This document shows positions 9,175 through 19,593 of a DNA stretch of 64,000 nt, in pieces. Position 1 is the stretch's first letter; every line of letters starts with the position of its first letter. The DNA is from an uncultured Eggerthellaceae bacterium (GTDB lineage Bacteria; Actinomycetota; Coriobacteriia; Coriobacteriales; Eggerthellaceae), in contig CAZVWE010000010.1 in assembly GCA_964631345.1 (NCBI GenBank), positions 394 through 64,393 on the forward strand, given 5' to 3'. Position numbers and translations under genes: made by a program. The notes under the pieces are model-generated. The model saw only the letters and a program-made list of their open reading frames with translations. It was not told the origin of the DNA and did no database searches.

Positions 9175-10494
9175 CTAGACAATGCCGATATTGGCCATGA
9201 TGATCATGACGATGAGTGCGCATAACCCAGCACCAATAGAGATTGCGGCAATATATTTGTAGGAATTCTTATGATTTAATCCCATAGCGGCAAGCATGCC
9301 GAACATTGCACCAGAGTTAGGTAGAGCGCCGCCTATTGTGGCTGAAGTTGCAATAATCTTCGCCAAAGCTGCTGGATCTACTCCTGTTGCAAGATATGGC
9401 TCCAAGAAGTTCTGAGCAATGATGCCTACAGCGCCAGAGCCAGAACCCATAATTCCTCCTAATGCTGCCGCCATAGTAGCAGCGGAAACATAGGTGCCAC
9501 CAGGCATATTAAATATCGCTTCGTAAATGACAGTGAATCCGACTGATGCTGCTGCAACAGTTCCAACACCAACTGCAGCTGAGGTGAAGACTGCAGGTCC
9601 AATGCCGTTAACCGCACCATTGCCCAAAGTGTCGCGCATGCTAGGAACAAACTTCCAGAAGCAAGCAATAGAGGCAACGATTCCAACAATCATGCCAATA
9701 TAGACAACGTTTTTCAATCCAATAGCAGAGAGGGAGATGATGGTTGCGATCAGAAGAATCAATGGGAGCAATGATATAAACAGATTCGGTATTTTCTGGT
9801 CTTCCTCGACAGCGATATCATCAGCGTCGGCTTCAAAATGCTCGCCTCTGGCCTGAGCACGCTTAAGCGAGAATTTGATGATAAGGCAACCAAGGACCGC
9901 TGCAATGATTGAGCCTACTATACCCATGATAGGGGCAGCTGTTAGTGAAACACCGCATCCATTTGCTGCATTAATCCAAGCAATGGCTGGAACACCTGGA
10001 ATCATTGCCATTGTAAATGAGCATGTACCCAGTGTCCAAGCAGCGCAGAATAAAGGCCATGGAATATCGCACTCACGGAACATTGGACGTGCTAAAGGAA
10101 TAAGCGCGAACATAGCGACAAACATTGATATTCCAGCATATGTAAGTAATGCACCTATTGCAGAAATACCAAGCAATACCAAATACGGGCTTTTGGTTCC
10201 TACCTTATTCATGACAGCTTGAGCGATTGCCTTGGCAGCGCCTGACTTGTCCATGAACTCGCCCATGATGGCACCGCCCATGAAGATGAGCAAATTACCC
10301 CTAATGAATCCAGCTAATCCTGTCACATATGATGACTCGGTGCCTACCATTGAACTCATAATATCCATGCCATTGGTCAGTGCAATAATGATCGCAGTGA
10401 CAATGGATGTAATAAGTACGTTCCATCCACGCATAGCTGCGACAACAAAGAACACTAATGCCACAACTATGCCGATGACTCCAACCCACTCCAT
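9175..10494 (-). CDS. GntP-family (gluconate/organic-anion:H+ symporter-like) permease
   Basis: 439-aa polytopic membrane protein whose N-terminal region and overall layout are typical of GntP permeases. It follows the molybdoenzyme genes on the same strand after an 88-nt gap. Confidence 0.55.
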   Translation of the reverse strand: MEWVGVIGIVVALVFFVVAAMRGWNVLITSIVTAIIIALTNGMDIMSSMVGTESSYVTGLAGFIRGNLLIFMGGAIMGEFMDKSGAAKAIAQAVMNKVGTKSPYLVLLGISAIGALLTYAGISMFVAMFALIPLARPMFRECDIPWPLFCAAWTLGTCSFTMAMIPGVPAIAWINAANGCGVSLTAAPIMGIVGSIIAAVLGCLIIKFSLKRAQARGEHFEADADDIAVEEDQKIPNLFISLLPLILLIATIISLSAIGLKNVVYIGMIVGIVASIACFWKFVPSMRDTLGNGAVNGIGPAVFTSAAVGVGTVAAASVGFTVIYEAIFNMPGGTYVSAATMAAALGGIMGSGSGAVGIIAQNFLEPYLATGVDPAALAKIIATSATIGGALPNSGAMFGMLAAMGLNHKNSYKYIAAISIGAGLCALIVMIIMANIGIV

Positions 10495-10582
10495 TTTTCC
10501 TCCTTATAGTTTCTCTTGATCAAACCAATCATCAATCTGTCTACGCAGCCAAGAGATATGACCGCGTAGACAAACGTTTTGT

Positions 10583-11326
10583 TTAGGCCATATCGTTTCT
10601 GGTAGCACGCATTAATTCCGTGTTGTCTGCATGCTTCATACGCAGTTCGTTGCGCTTGATGGTTCCTTCATCAAACACGGTGAGATCCTCGACGCTTTCA
10701 AACATGGTGCCGATATCTCCTCTTTGCCTATTAAGTTCGATGGCTTCATCAACGTTGTAAGGAATCAATTGTTTTTTCTCACGTGGATTCCAGATCAAAT
10801 ACGCGGGTTTTGTAATGCTTGGATCAGGCATACCCTCGCAATATCGAACATCCCCATACTTCTCAACAAGCTCATCCAAAGGCCCGAAATCAAACGCGCG
10901 CAAAGGGCAACTTAATGTGCAAATTGGTTGCTTTCCCTCTGACAGGCGATCAATGCACATATCGCATTTGCTCATCTTGCAATCCGGCTCATCTGTTGCG
11001 AACTTCGGAGCTCCATAAGGGCAAGCGTCATAACACTTGCGACATCCAGTGCATTTATCTTGATCAACCAGAACTGCACCGAATTCATCTTCTTTGTAAA
11101 GAGCACCGCTCTCGCATACCTTCACGCATGAGGGGTCTTCGCAATGGGCGCATGGAAAAGCAAGAGAGTGAAGACGTATATTCGGGAATGATCCTTCTTC
11201 CCATTCATACACACACATCCACTTTTCAGCTCCTGGCTCAAGTCCATGCCAGTCTTTACATGCGATGCTGCAAGCTTGGCATGCATAGCATCGATTCATA
11301 TCGAAAAGAAATCCGTATTGAGTCAT
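10583..11326 (-). CDS. 4Fe-4S ferredoxin-type electron-transfer subunit of a molybdopterin oxidoreductase (DmsB/NrfC-like)
   Basis: Multiple Cys clusters (CYACQACSIAC, CAHCEDPSCVKVC, CTGCRKCYDACP, CDMCIDRL...C..SCP). It starts 17 nt downstream of the catalytic subunit. Confidence 0.85.
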   Translation of the reverse strand: MTQYGFLFDMNRCYACQACSIACKDWHGLEPGAEKWMCVYEWEEGSFPNIRLHSLAFPCAHCEDPSCVKVCESGALYKEDEFGAVLVDQDKCTGCRKCYDACPYGAPKFATDEPDCKMSKCDMCIDRLSEGKQPICTLSCPLRAFDFGPLDELVEKYGDVRYCEGMPDPSITKPAYLIWNPREKKQLIPYNVDEAIELNRQRGDIGTMFESVEDLTVFDEGTIKRNELRMKHADNTELMRATRNDMA

Positions 11327-11343
11327 CTAGTTCCCCTCCTCGC

Positions 11344-14013
11344 TTATTCGGCTGCGTTTGTCGTATTGGAAGCGTCTTTATTGAAATCGTTGGCAATGCC
11401 CCCATCACGGGTTCCATCTTTTTTAGCCAACTCGTCTCTTGTATTGATGGCGCACATAGCACCGCGCATACCACCACGCTCAGCATCAGCGCCAAAGCCT
11501 TCAGCGTCGCCATCTGCAACCTTTTCGACTTGAACAAGTCCTGCCGTAATTAGTGCACCTAGAATGTGGGGTAAATGACCATCGTCAAGGAAGATGTTTG
11601 GAGCGCCGCGCATGTCTTGACCGAAGGGGTTCATCTCTGCGCTTTCTCCATTGGTCTGATACCAGCCACCATGGAATACCGCAGCAGTTCCTGGCATGCA
11701 TCGGTTTGTGACATAGGCTGCAAGTAGAGCCTCTCCACGATCACTGTAGACACGACAAAGATCTCCATCTTTGATGCCACGAGCCTTTGCGTCAACGCCT
11801 GATATCCACACACCATGGCGATAGCAGTCTTCACGCATGAATGGGTTGTTGTCATTGCTTGAGTGCTGACGGTATATTGATACTGGAGTAACCAGCGACA
11901 ACGGATAGTCTTTCACCTTCGGATTGTAGAAGCCATCATTTGAAGCCGTTCCAATATCGCCTTCTACATAGCTAGGACTCCATACTGGCATAGGATCGAT
12001 TTGACCACGCCAACGGGATTCGGTCATGTCGTGGGTTTTAACAAAATTAGAAACGAATTCGACTTTGCCACTAGGAGTATTGAATGGAGACTCTCCACGG
12101 TCTAGGGCTGAACGGAATGGGTAGTACGGAGAATCTATCTTAATGCGAACGACGGGGTTGGCATTGAATTCTTCCCATGTAGGAGGATTGTCTGGATCGA
12201 ATCCGCAGACTCTCATCATTGCATCATTGCTAGCCCATTGCTCGAAAGCTTCTTTGTAAACAGCCTCTTGCGCGTCAATCCAGTCTTCCCAAGCAACATC
12301 TTTCATTCGAGGGTTGTATCCCTCAACTACTTCGTCTCCCAGACGTTTGGCGATTTGAGTCCAAACCCATTCTTTAGAGCGAACTTCTCCAGGCATATCG
12401 GCGCCCCGACCGCAGAATGTGAAGTAATTACGCATTCCATTAGGACCGCTGACAAATCGCTGATGTCCATACATGTACTCATCCATGCCTTCTAGCTGCC
12501 AGACTGGAGCAGGCAGGATTATGTCGCAAAACTCGGCAGTCGGCTGATTTACATGCCACTGGAAACCCCAGTTAAACTCTGTATCCGCCATGCCTTTGAA
12601 GCGCTTATTTGTATTGGAATGATTATTGGCGTAGTTGTTTTCAAATATGATCATTTGGATATTGGGTAGAGGAGAGTCATTGGTCGGTGATCCAATGTGA
12701 TGGCGAAATTCGCTTTCGCTCATGCGGCCTTCCCAGTAATCCTTTTGATGCGCCAGAATGGAAGTAAGGCAGTTGTTGTTGAACAGTACAGGTACTTGGT
12801 ATCCACTGGTATCGCGTTGCCAGTCTGCAAGGGGAGTGGGTACTCTGCCAGGTGTTGGCAAACAAGCACCCGATTCGCATCCACCAGGGCAAGCAATATT
12901 TCCTGTCATAGCTTGCAAAAGCATCGAAGCAGCACCGCTGTAGTCACCCATATGACGCTTAGCGCAAGAATAAAAATACTGCAGGTGCACAGGTTTTTCG
13001 GTGCCGTATAAACGAGCAAATTCACGAATGGTCTCAGCTGGAACAGCGCAAATAGGAGCAGCCCATTCTGGGGTTTTAACGATGCCGTCTTCGCCTTCAC
13101 CCATTACATAGGCGCGCCATTCTTCGTATCCCTCTGGCTCAACCCATTGCTCAATATATTCATGGTCTACTAAGTCTTCCTCAAAAAGCACTTGGGCAAC
13201 AGCGAGCATCATAGCCAAGTCAGTACCTGGGCGAATCGGAATCCATTGATCAGCAAGAAGTTCAGCTGACTGGGTATAACGAGGATCGATTACGATAGTT
13301 TTGCAACCATATTCGTGAGCAAGTTGCATGTAGTAAGAAGTCTGCCCAAACCATGCAACTACTGGATCCATACCCCACATAATGAAAAGTTTAGAATTGA
13401 ACAGATCCGATGCTTCAAATCCTGGCAATGAATTTTGAAGACCACGAGTTGCTTTGGTAAGGTCTACGCCAAGATGAAGCATTTCTCCGGCTGCATGGCC
13501 AGAAGTGGAATGCTCACCCCATGCTCCAAAGCCAGCTTCCCACCATGGTGCTAATGGAAAACCATTCTTCTCAAAGCTTGGATATTGTGAATGGAAGATT
13601 CCATAGGGACCATACTTTTCCTTGATTTCCTTCATTTTATTGGCAATGGTGTCTAAAGCCTCATCCCAGCTAATCTCAACAAAATAGCCATTACCAGGTC
13701 CTTTTTTACCAATACGCTTCATAGGAGTGAGCAAACGAGTCTCAGCGTAAAGTTCTTTTTTCCATGAGTGACCCATGGCACACGGGCGAGCTTGAACCAT
13801 GCCGTGCCAGGTGTTTTCCCAACCGCAATCCTCGCGACTATCGTTGGGGTTTACAGTGTCGTCTGGTTCAACAGCGATCAATTTGCCGTCTTTGAGATGA
13901 CACTTCAGAACGCAGGCCGAGTCCCAGCAGCCATTTGCAGGGCAGCTTGTGTAGAATATCCGCTCACCAGCTCTGCGATCTTTGCTTGCATCTATGATGG
14001 CTTGCTTGTCCAT
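11344..14013 (-). CDS. molybdopterin (bis-MGD) oxidoreductase catalytic subunit, DMSO-reductase family, predicted cytoplasmic
   Basis: 889 aa with typical DmsA-like segments (WGMDPVV, IDPRYT, KTPEWAA...VPAETIREFAR). The N-terminal Cys cluster is CPANGCWDSACVLKC plus a downstream RPC. The N-terminal RR (KDRRAGE) is not followed by a hydrophobic stretch. Confidence 0.85.
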   Translation of the reverse strand: MDKQAIIDASKDRRAGERIFYTSCPANGCWDSACVLKCHLKDGKLIAVEPDDTVNPNDSREDCGWENTWHGMVQARPCAMGHSWKKELYAETRLLTPMKRIGKKGPGNGYFVEISWDEALDTIANKMKEIKEKYGPYGIFHSQYPSFEKNGFPLAPWWEAGFGAWGEHSTSGHAAGEMLHLGVDLTKATRGLQNSLPGFEASDLFNSKLFIMWGMDPVVAWFGQTSYYMQLAHEYGCKTIVIDPRYTQSAELLADQWIPIRPGTDLAMMLAVAQVLFEEDLVDHEYIEQWVEPEGYEEWRAYVMGEGEDGIVKTPEWAAPICAVPAETIREFARLYGTEKPVHLQYFYSCAKRHMGDYSGAASMLLQAMTGNIACPGGCESGACLPTPGRVPTPLADWQRDTSGYQVPVLFNNNCLTSILAHQKDYWEGRMSESEFRHHIGSPTNDSPLPNIQMIIFENNYANNHSNTNKRFKGMADTEFNWGFQWHVNQPTAEFCDIILPAPVWQLEGMDEYMYGHQRFVSGPNGMRNYFTFCGRGADMPGEVRSKEWVWTQIAKRLGDEVVEGYNPRMKDVAWEDWIDAQEAVYKEAFEQWASNDAMMRVCGFDPDNPPTWEEFNANPVVRIKIDSPYYPFRSALDRGESPFNTPSGKVEFVSNFVKTHDMTESRWRGQIDPMPVWSPSYVEGDIGTASNDGFYNPKVKDYPLSLVTPVSIYRQHSSNDNNPFMREDCYRHGVWISGVDAKARGIKDGDLCRVYSDRGEALLAAYVTNRCMPGTAAVFHGGWYQTNGESAEMNPFGQDMRGAPNIFLDDGHLPHILGALITAGLVQVEKVADGDAEGFGADAERGGMRGAMCAINTRDELAKKDGTRDGGIANDFNKDASNTTNAAE

Positions 14014-14515
14014 ACACTTCCTCCTTCTCCTCTAATCAACGACTCGATCGCTTCATTGTTTTTGCATCAATATGCTTTCGTGTATCGGGCTTCATTCGTC
14101 TTGGCTTACCAGCGCCTATTTCGTTTGAGTTTCGATTGAGAGGTAAATAATGGATGTGGACGAACGAATTCCTGAAAAGTTGTAGCCAATATCAACAAAC
14201 TTGATGCAGGTTGCCGAAGCGAGCTCGTCTATACCAATGAATATACAGACGAAAAAAGATTGAATGTATCTCGTTGAAAAAATGGATGAAGAGTTTCTGA
14301 ACCGCGTTGTTTAAGAATCGCGTCATGAAACACATATTTACAACGGATGTAAAAAAAGCTAACAGCGAAATGAATATAATATGTAGACAGGGTTTCTATA
14401 AGGGTGATGTAATTAAGAAGTCTTTGTAGTTGAACGCTTAAAAGACAACCAGGATAGGTGTGAGGTCGAACGCATCGGCACGAATGTGCAATCATATTGC
14501 CTAGGGAGCATGCCT

Positions 14516-15454
14516 ATGTTATTTGATGAAGTAGAGTTGCTACTTGTACTTTCTGAAGCCAAAAGCCTATCACAGGCAGCAGATCGGTTGTATATTTCAC
14601 GTCCTGGCTTATCTCAAAAAATCGCCAATATGGAAAAGAAATTTGGCGCAAGACTTTATGAACGCACATCCACTGGAATCAAGATTACAAAAGCTGGTGA
14701 GTATGTAACGACGTTTGCTCGCAATACAGCTAATCTTGAGCGTGAATTGATTTCCCAACTAGCCGCCATTGAGGAAAGATTCCCCGTGACCATAAGTGTT
14801 GGAATGAGCATGAATGATGGAGTAGCACTGCTACCCAAAATTGTAGCTTCATTTATGGAAGAGCATCCGGAATCTCGTATTCATCTCGATGCTGGATATG
14901 AGCCTGAATTGGTATCAAAGTTACGGTGTGGTGAGCTTGATTTTGCGCTTATGGAAAACCAACCTGAGGAACCAGATATTGCTAACGAAGTGCTAGGGTT
15001 TAAACACCTTGTATTTGTGGCACCAAATAAATCGCCCTACAATCGCATCATACATCCGCTCCCTATTGAAACATTACTTGCGTGGCCCATGATAATTTAT
15101 GAATGGAATTCTGGGCGTCATATGGTTGGAAACAGACTCTTTCGTGAGCGTTATGGGCTGTCACTGCAAGACCATAATATGGTGGCGTGTTTCGACACAC
15201 ATGAGGCAATCATAGAAGGAGTGAAGGCCGGTATAGGGTGGGCGAGTGTTCCGGAATGTATTTATGCACGATATAAGAATGATCCTGACATCGTTCGCTT
15301 CAAAGTGAATACGCCTCCTATGTGGTACCCAGTGAGTATTGCATATAGCACTGAACATGCTCAAAGCGATGCAGGTCGCGATTTTGCTCGATACGTGAAA
15401 GCTCACATTCCGGAAGGATATTTCCGTCCCAACGCTGATTCTTCAGCGAAATAA
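14516..15454 (+). CDS. LysR-family transcriptional regulator
   Basis: N-terminal HTH SLSQAADRLYISRPGLSQKIANMEKKFG and a ~300-aa LysR layout. It is divergent from the molybdoenzyme operon. The start is set at ATG 14516, with AGGGAG 6 nt upstream; the ORF track gives GTG 14486. Confidence 0.85.
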   Translation: MLFDEVELLLVLSEAKSLSQAADRLYISRPGLSQKIANMEKKFGARLYERTSTGIKITKAGEYVTTFARNTANLERELISQLAAIEERFPVTISVGMSMNDGVALLPKIVASFMEEHPESRIHLDAGYEPELVSKLRCGELDFALMENQPEEPDIANEVLGFKHLVFVAPNKSPYNRIIHPLPIETLLAWPMIIYEWNSGRHMVGNRLFRERYGLSLQDHNMVACFDTHEAIIEGVKAGIGWASVPECIYARYKNDPDIVRFKVNTPPMWYPVSIAYSTEHAQSDAGRDFARYVKAHIPEGYFRPNADSSAK

Positions 15455-15679
15455 TCTCTTATTCTGTCCAAGAAGTAGGGGATGACATAATTTATGAAAA
15501 GGGTAGCGGAAAGGTTTTTTGTAAATCAAACAAACCACCAATTACTTAATTGTTAGTTTAACCAACTATTGTTTAGCATGCGATCAATATAATCTTTCCT
15601 AGCAATCCAAAGATAGCCATATGTTTAAGAATCTTCTTATGCGTTTTGTTTTGAGGTTGTTGTTCTGAAGGAGCACCCA

Positions 15680-16909
15680 ATGATAGATGTCGAGTCTGTA
15701 CGAAATGACTTCCCCATTCTCAGTAAGGAAATTCATAGGTGCCCACTTGTATATTTAGACAATGCTGCCACAACGCAAGTGCCTCAAGCTGTTTTAGATG
15801 CAGTTACTTCGCATTATTTAACGGCTAACGGAAACGTTCATCGTGCGGTTCACTCGATGGCGAACATGTCAACAAAAGCTTTCGAAAGTGCGCGCGATAC
15901 CGTTGCACATTTTATTGGAGCAGCAAGTTCCGATAATACTGTTTTCACCAAAGGAACAACCGATGCATTAAATATGGTTGCACTTGGATTGCGCGACCTG
16001 ATTAACGAAGATGATGCAATCATATCGACAGTCATGGAACATCATTCAAACTTTATCCCATGGCAACAACTCGCGAAAGAAAAAAGAGCGTCATTCGACA
16101 TCGTTGATATAACAGATAAAGGCGAGTTAGACATTAATGATTACAAGAAAAAACTTCAGCAAAAACCAAAGATAGTTGCGCTTACTTTTTGTTCAAACGT
16201 TTTAGGTACGGTCAATCCTATTAAAAAGCTGGTTGCTCTTGCGCATGAAGCTGGTGCTCTAGTTGTCGTTGATGGCGCACAGGCTATGAGGCATCAAAGG
16301 TTGAATATGATCGATCTCGACTGCGACTATTTCGCTTTCTCAGGTCACAAAATGATGGCAGGAACCGGTATAGGATGCCTTTATGGCAAACCCGAGGCAT
16401 TAGAGCTACTCAAGCCCTCTGAATTTGGCGGTGAAATGGTCGATGAAGTTACGGTCAAAAGAACAACTTTTGAAAAGCTCCCTATTCGCCTTGAAGCTGG
16501 AACTCCTAATTACGTAGGCGCGATCGCACTTGCTTCGGCTATTAAATACCTAGAGCAAATTGGACTGCAAGATATAGCTGATTATGAAAGTAGCCTGTTG
16601 GACTATGCCGAAATAGAACTATCAGGTATAAAAGGCATCCATATCCAAGGAAAACCGCAAAGACGAGAGGGATGTATTTCGTTTGTCATCGATGGAGTTC
16701 ATCCCCTCGATCTCTGCACTCTGCTTGATCTGAAGGGAATCGCATTGCGTTCTGGTACTAATTGCGCACAACCACTGATGAGTCGTCTTTCTTGCAATGG
16801 TGTAGTTCGTTTATCACCCGCTTTTTACAATACCCATAATGAAATTGATGAAGCTATAGAACAAATCTGCAAATGTAGCGATAAACTTCGTTCAGTCGCT
16901 ATCCAATAA
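15680..16909 (+). CDS. sufS: cysteine desulfurase, SufS/CsdA type (class V aminotransferase)
   Basis: PLP-lysine context FSGHKMMAG and active-site Cys loop RSGTNCAQP. 409 aa. Confidence 0.8.
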   Translation: MIDVESVRNDFPILSKEIHRCPLVYLDNAATTQVPQAVLDAVTSHYLTANGNVHRAVHSMANMSTKAFESARDTVAHFIGAASSDNTVFTKGTTDALNMVALGLRDLINEDDAIISTVMEHHSNFIPWQQLAKEKRASFDIVDITDKGELDINDYKKKLQQKPKIVALTFCSNVLGTVNPIKKLVALAHEAGALVVVDGAQAMRHQRLNMIDLDCDYFAFSGHKMMAGTGIGCLYGKPEALELLKPSEFGGEMVDEVTVKRTTFEKLPIRLEAGTPNYVGAIALASAIKYLEQIGLQDIADYESSLLDYAEIELSGIKGIHIQGKPQRREGCISFVIDGVHPLDLCTLLDLKGIALRSGTNCAQPLMSRLSCNGVVRLSPAFYNTHNEIDEAIEQICKCSDKLRSVAIQ

Positions 16910-16937
16910 AACTATCTACAATAAATTGTAGATAGTT
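16910..16937. terminator. 12-bp-stem hairpin in convergent gap
   Basis: aactatctacaa-taaa-ttgtagatagtt, immediately after the sufS stop. Confidence 0.5.
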
Positions 16938-16995
16938 AAGTGATTCTGTATAGTTTCTTGCATTTGTCTTTTGAAGAAAAATATTTAGCTCGAAG

Positions 16996-17424
16996 TTAAA
17001 GATTGGCTGCAAAGTTTTTAATTGTTTCTAAAAGAGCCGAAACCCCGTTACGACGAGAGCTATCAAAGGTGTCCAATACGCCTGCTCTTTCCAGATAGGA
17101 AAAATCTGCATCTTGAATATATTTGGGAGGAACTCCATTGAAAACTTCTGTTATGAGTGCAAGTATGCCACGGATGACGAGCGTATCACTTGCTCCTTGG
17201 ATAAAGATTCGTCCATTGTGTGTTTCAAGTTTAAGCCAAGCGTTGCTTTGGCATCCTCGAACCTTGCGATCTTCTGTTCGCTCAGATTCATCAAGTTGAC
17301 AATAATGCCATGCGGCATCGAGCAAAAGTTCATAAGTATATAAAGGATCGTCGATTTCTGTAAAACGGTCAACGACATCCTTTTGAGCCTTTTGAACATC
17401 CGTCATGCCGCATGGATTGTTCAT
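16996..17424 (-). CDS. sufE: SufE/CsdE-family sulfur acceptor
   Basis: RGCQSNAWL matches the SufE active-site Cys motif. 142 aa. Confidence 0.75.
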   Translation of the reverse strand: MNNPCGMTDVQKAQKDVVDRFTEIDDPLYTYELLLDAAWHYCQLDESERTEDRKVRGCQSNAWLKLETHNGRIFIQGASDTLVIRGILALITEVFNGVPPKYIQDADFSYLERAGVLDTFDSSRRNGVSALLETIKNFAANL

Positions 17425-17458
17425 TAATCTACAGCCTTACAATATGAAAATTCGCAGA

Positions 17459-19021
17459 CTATTCACATGTAAGCACTTCGAAGCCAGCTAATTCGCCGTA
17501 ACGGACTGCCGCATCGAATACATCACCATAAACGAGAGCTTGATGATTGCCTGTGGTAATGCTTCCCTCATTGAAGGCGTCAATGTCATTAACGGCATAA
17601 TAGACACCTTCGGAGCAATTCTCATCATAGTATCCAGCGCCAGAAACAATGGTTCCGCGCGCAACAAATAGCTTACTGCATGTTGGGTCGAACCGTGCAA
17701 CGGTAACTACCTGGCCAGCATCCTTTTCAAAATCATGTCGAATAGTTGTACCCCAACGACCATCCATGGCAAACGGACGTAGTGCATATTCAGATGCCTC
17801 ACCATCGATGCCCTTTAGCTTACGATTCGGGGTGGAATGATATGTGCATACAATGCCGCCACGTCCATCTATAGCCTTTGTGAAGGCAGCGAATGCTTCC
17901 TCGTGTTTTGATAGAGACTTAGGTGCAGAGACGTCAGAGTCGGCATCGTATTTAATAATCATCGTATTGCCCATGTATGGAGCCGTACGCGATAAGGCGC
18001 TTAGTAATTGCATCGACACAAGAGCGCTAACATCATATTCACAAGCTGAGCAAATGCCTTCCTCGTTATTAAGCGAATGGTTTAGACACATAGTGAATTG
18101 CTCTTCGTTAAGCCTGCGCGTGGCGCACATATCAGGACATGGCGCGGTAAAGGCGTTACATCCCAAAGCAGAAAGAAGCTTGCGGGTCAGATAATGGGCA
18201 CGCACGGATTTGTAGACGTTTTCAATAGGCAAATCCACTTCCTTGGCGTTCTTTACGAGCTCATCGGTCATGCGTTGAATTTCTTCGGCATCCTGGGGGG
18301 TAATATTGTGTTCTTTCCTACCAGGCAGCGTCGGATTTGCCGTAGCATCTCCTTCATGCACCTGATCAAGGAATTCATGCATGTTCATATAGGTAAAGCG
18401 AATTCCCATTTTGTCGTTAACGTATTCATGATTCATGAAAGAGTCGGGCGCGCTAATAGAAGTTGTCGAATTATTTCGAACAAGGGCAAGAATGCGTAGA
18501 TGCTCCATGACCTTACGAGCAAGCAGCGCTTTCACGTCGTTGCGAGCTTGATCCCAATTGACCCAACCCAGACATTCGCAACCATGCGCGCGTAGAGTCG
18601 CTACCGTTGCAGTGCCCGTAGCCGATCCGGTTAGCTTAACTGCCACAGGCTTGCCGGTAGCTAGAGCCAGTTGAAGAGCAAAATCAATACCGAAAGGATA
18701 ATAGGTTACGGCGTAGAGATCGACCTCGTCGGCATCGGCGCAGATTTCGGCAATCAAATCATCGTTGATCGGGAAAGTTTCGTCGCGTTTGCTTATAAAA
18801 GCATCCATGATATTCACGGAGTCAAGGCATCCAAGTTCTTTTTTAAGCGTTTCATCCCAACCTGCAGCAATTTGCGCAGTACGCGCTTCGTCGAATTCGC
18901 TTGTTAGCTCGTCGCCTCTACCAAAACGGCAGGGGCCTTCAAAAACATACTCATGAATGAGCCCGAATACTACAGGCTTAATGTTCAACTTAACGTCTTG
19001 AGTATTCTTTACTTGCTCCAT
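17459..19021 (-). CDS. uncharacterised L-fucose/L-arabinose-isomerase-family-like protein
   Basis: 520 aa. The C-terminal segment GNHQALVYGDVFDAAVRYGELAGFEV resembles the conserved C-terminus of FucI/AraA-like isomerases. The assignment is by eye only. Confidence 0.35.
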   Translation of the reverse strand: MEQVKNTQDVKLNIKPVVFGLIHEYVFEGPCRFGRGDELTSEFDEARTAQIAAGWDETLKKELGCLDSVNIMDAFISKRDETFPINDDLIAEICADADEVDLYAVTYYPFGIDFALQLALATGKPVAVKLTGSATGTATVATLRAHGCECLGWVNWDQARNDVKALLARKVMEHLRILALVRNNSTTSISAPDSFMNHEYVNDKMGIRFTYMNMHEFLDQVHEGDATANPTLPGRKEHNITPQDAEEIQRMTDELVKNAKEVDLPIENVYKSVRAHYLTRKLLSALGCNAFTAPCPDMCATRRLNEEQFTMCLNHSLNNEEGICSACEYDVSALVSMQLLSALSRTAPYMGNTMIIKYDADSDVSAPKSLSKHEEAFAAFTKAIDGRGGIVCTYHSTPNRKLKGIDGEASEYALRPFAMDGRWGTTIRHDFEKDAGQVVTVARFDPTCSKLFVARGTIVSGAGYYDENCSEGVYYAVNDIDAFNEGSITTGNHQALVYGDVFDAAVRYGELAGFEVLTCE

Positions 19022-19057
19022 ATCTACGGCTCCTTTCTAAGCCATTCAAACGCAACC

Positions 19058-19453
19058 TTATAGTTGCGCAAACACCCTATGGGCTATTTCGCTCACACTT
19101 CGAGCAGTACCGATATAGGAAGGCGATAAATCGATGTTCAAGTCCTTGCGGATTTTCATTAGCAAAAGAATCTGCTTCGTTTCGGCCGAGGTCGCGCCAG
19201 CACAATTTAGCGATGTATCTTGAAGATCACTTTTTCCGTCGCCAACTAAAGCCTGTTGATGCTCTAGGCTAAATTGGGATAAAACCCTGATATCGTCAGA
19301 CCAGAAATCCGCATCATCAATGGCGTAGCGCAACCGAATGTATTCGTAAAAGAGCTTTTCGAACGCGCCATAATCATCAACGCACTCTTTGAATAAAGGA
19401 ACTAGAGCTTCCGCCTTCTTAAGATTTTCTTTGAGTCGTTCAGCGTATTCCAT
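19058..19453 (-). CDS. hypothetical small protein
   Basis: First gene of the 19453-16996 minus-strand operon. ATG 19453 is preferred because AGGGGAAGG lies upstream. No recognisable motif. Confidence 0.4.
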   Translation of the reverse strand: MEYAERLKENLKKAEALVPLFKECVDDYGAFEKLFYEYIRLRYAIDDADFWSDDIRVLSQFSLEHQQALVGDGKSDLQDTSLNCAGATSAETKQILLLMKIRKDLNIDLSPSYIGTARSVSEIAHRVFAQL

Positions 19454-19593
19454 GAGAGACCTTCCCCTCATAGTCTCTTGCTCAGTGAATGCATCTCATT
19501 CTATGAGTGGCTAAGTAGAAGCAATGTGGGCATATTGGACAAATTTCTTCAACTTTTTTGTCATAATTAGAAAACATAAAGAGAAGAAGGGTT

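Noticed and set aside
10819-11553. 244-aa plus-strand ORF overlapping the Fe-S subunit and the end of the catalytic subunit
   Set aside because: It is antisense to two genes with unmistakable Cys-cluster and molybdopterin signatures, and its composition is low in information.
13930-14013. Twin-arginine export signal in the molybdoenzyme (RR at residues 13-14)
   Set aside because: The RR is followed by AGERIFYTSC rather than the hydrophobic stretch and AxA site of a Tat signal. The Cys cluster starts at residue 23, which leaves no room for a signal peptide.
14014-14485. Moco riboswitch upstream of the molybdoenzyme operon; also checked in the 27770-28020 leader
   Set aside because: I found no CCUCCGAG-type conserved core and no matching helices on the minus strand. 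The region looks like an ordinary AT-rich divergent promoter. Only an Infernal scan could settle this.
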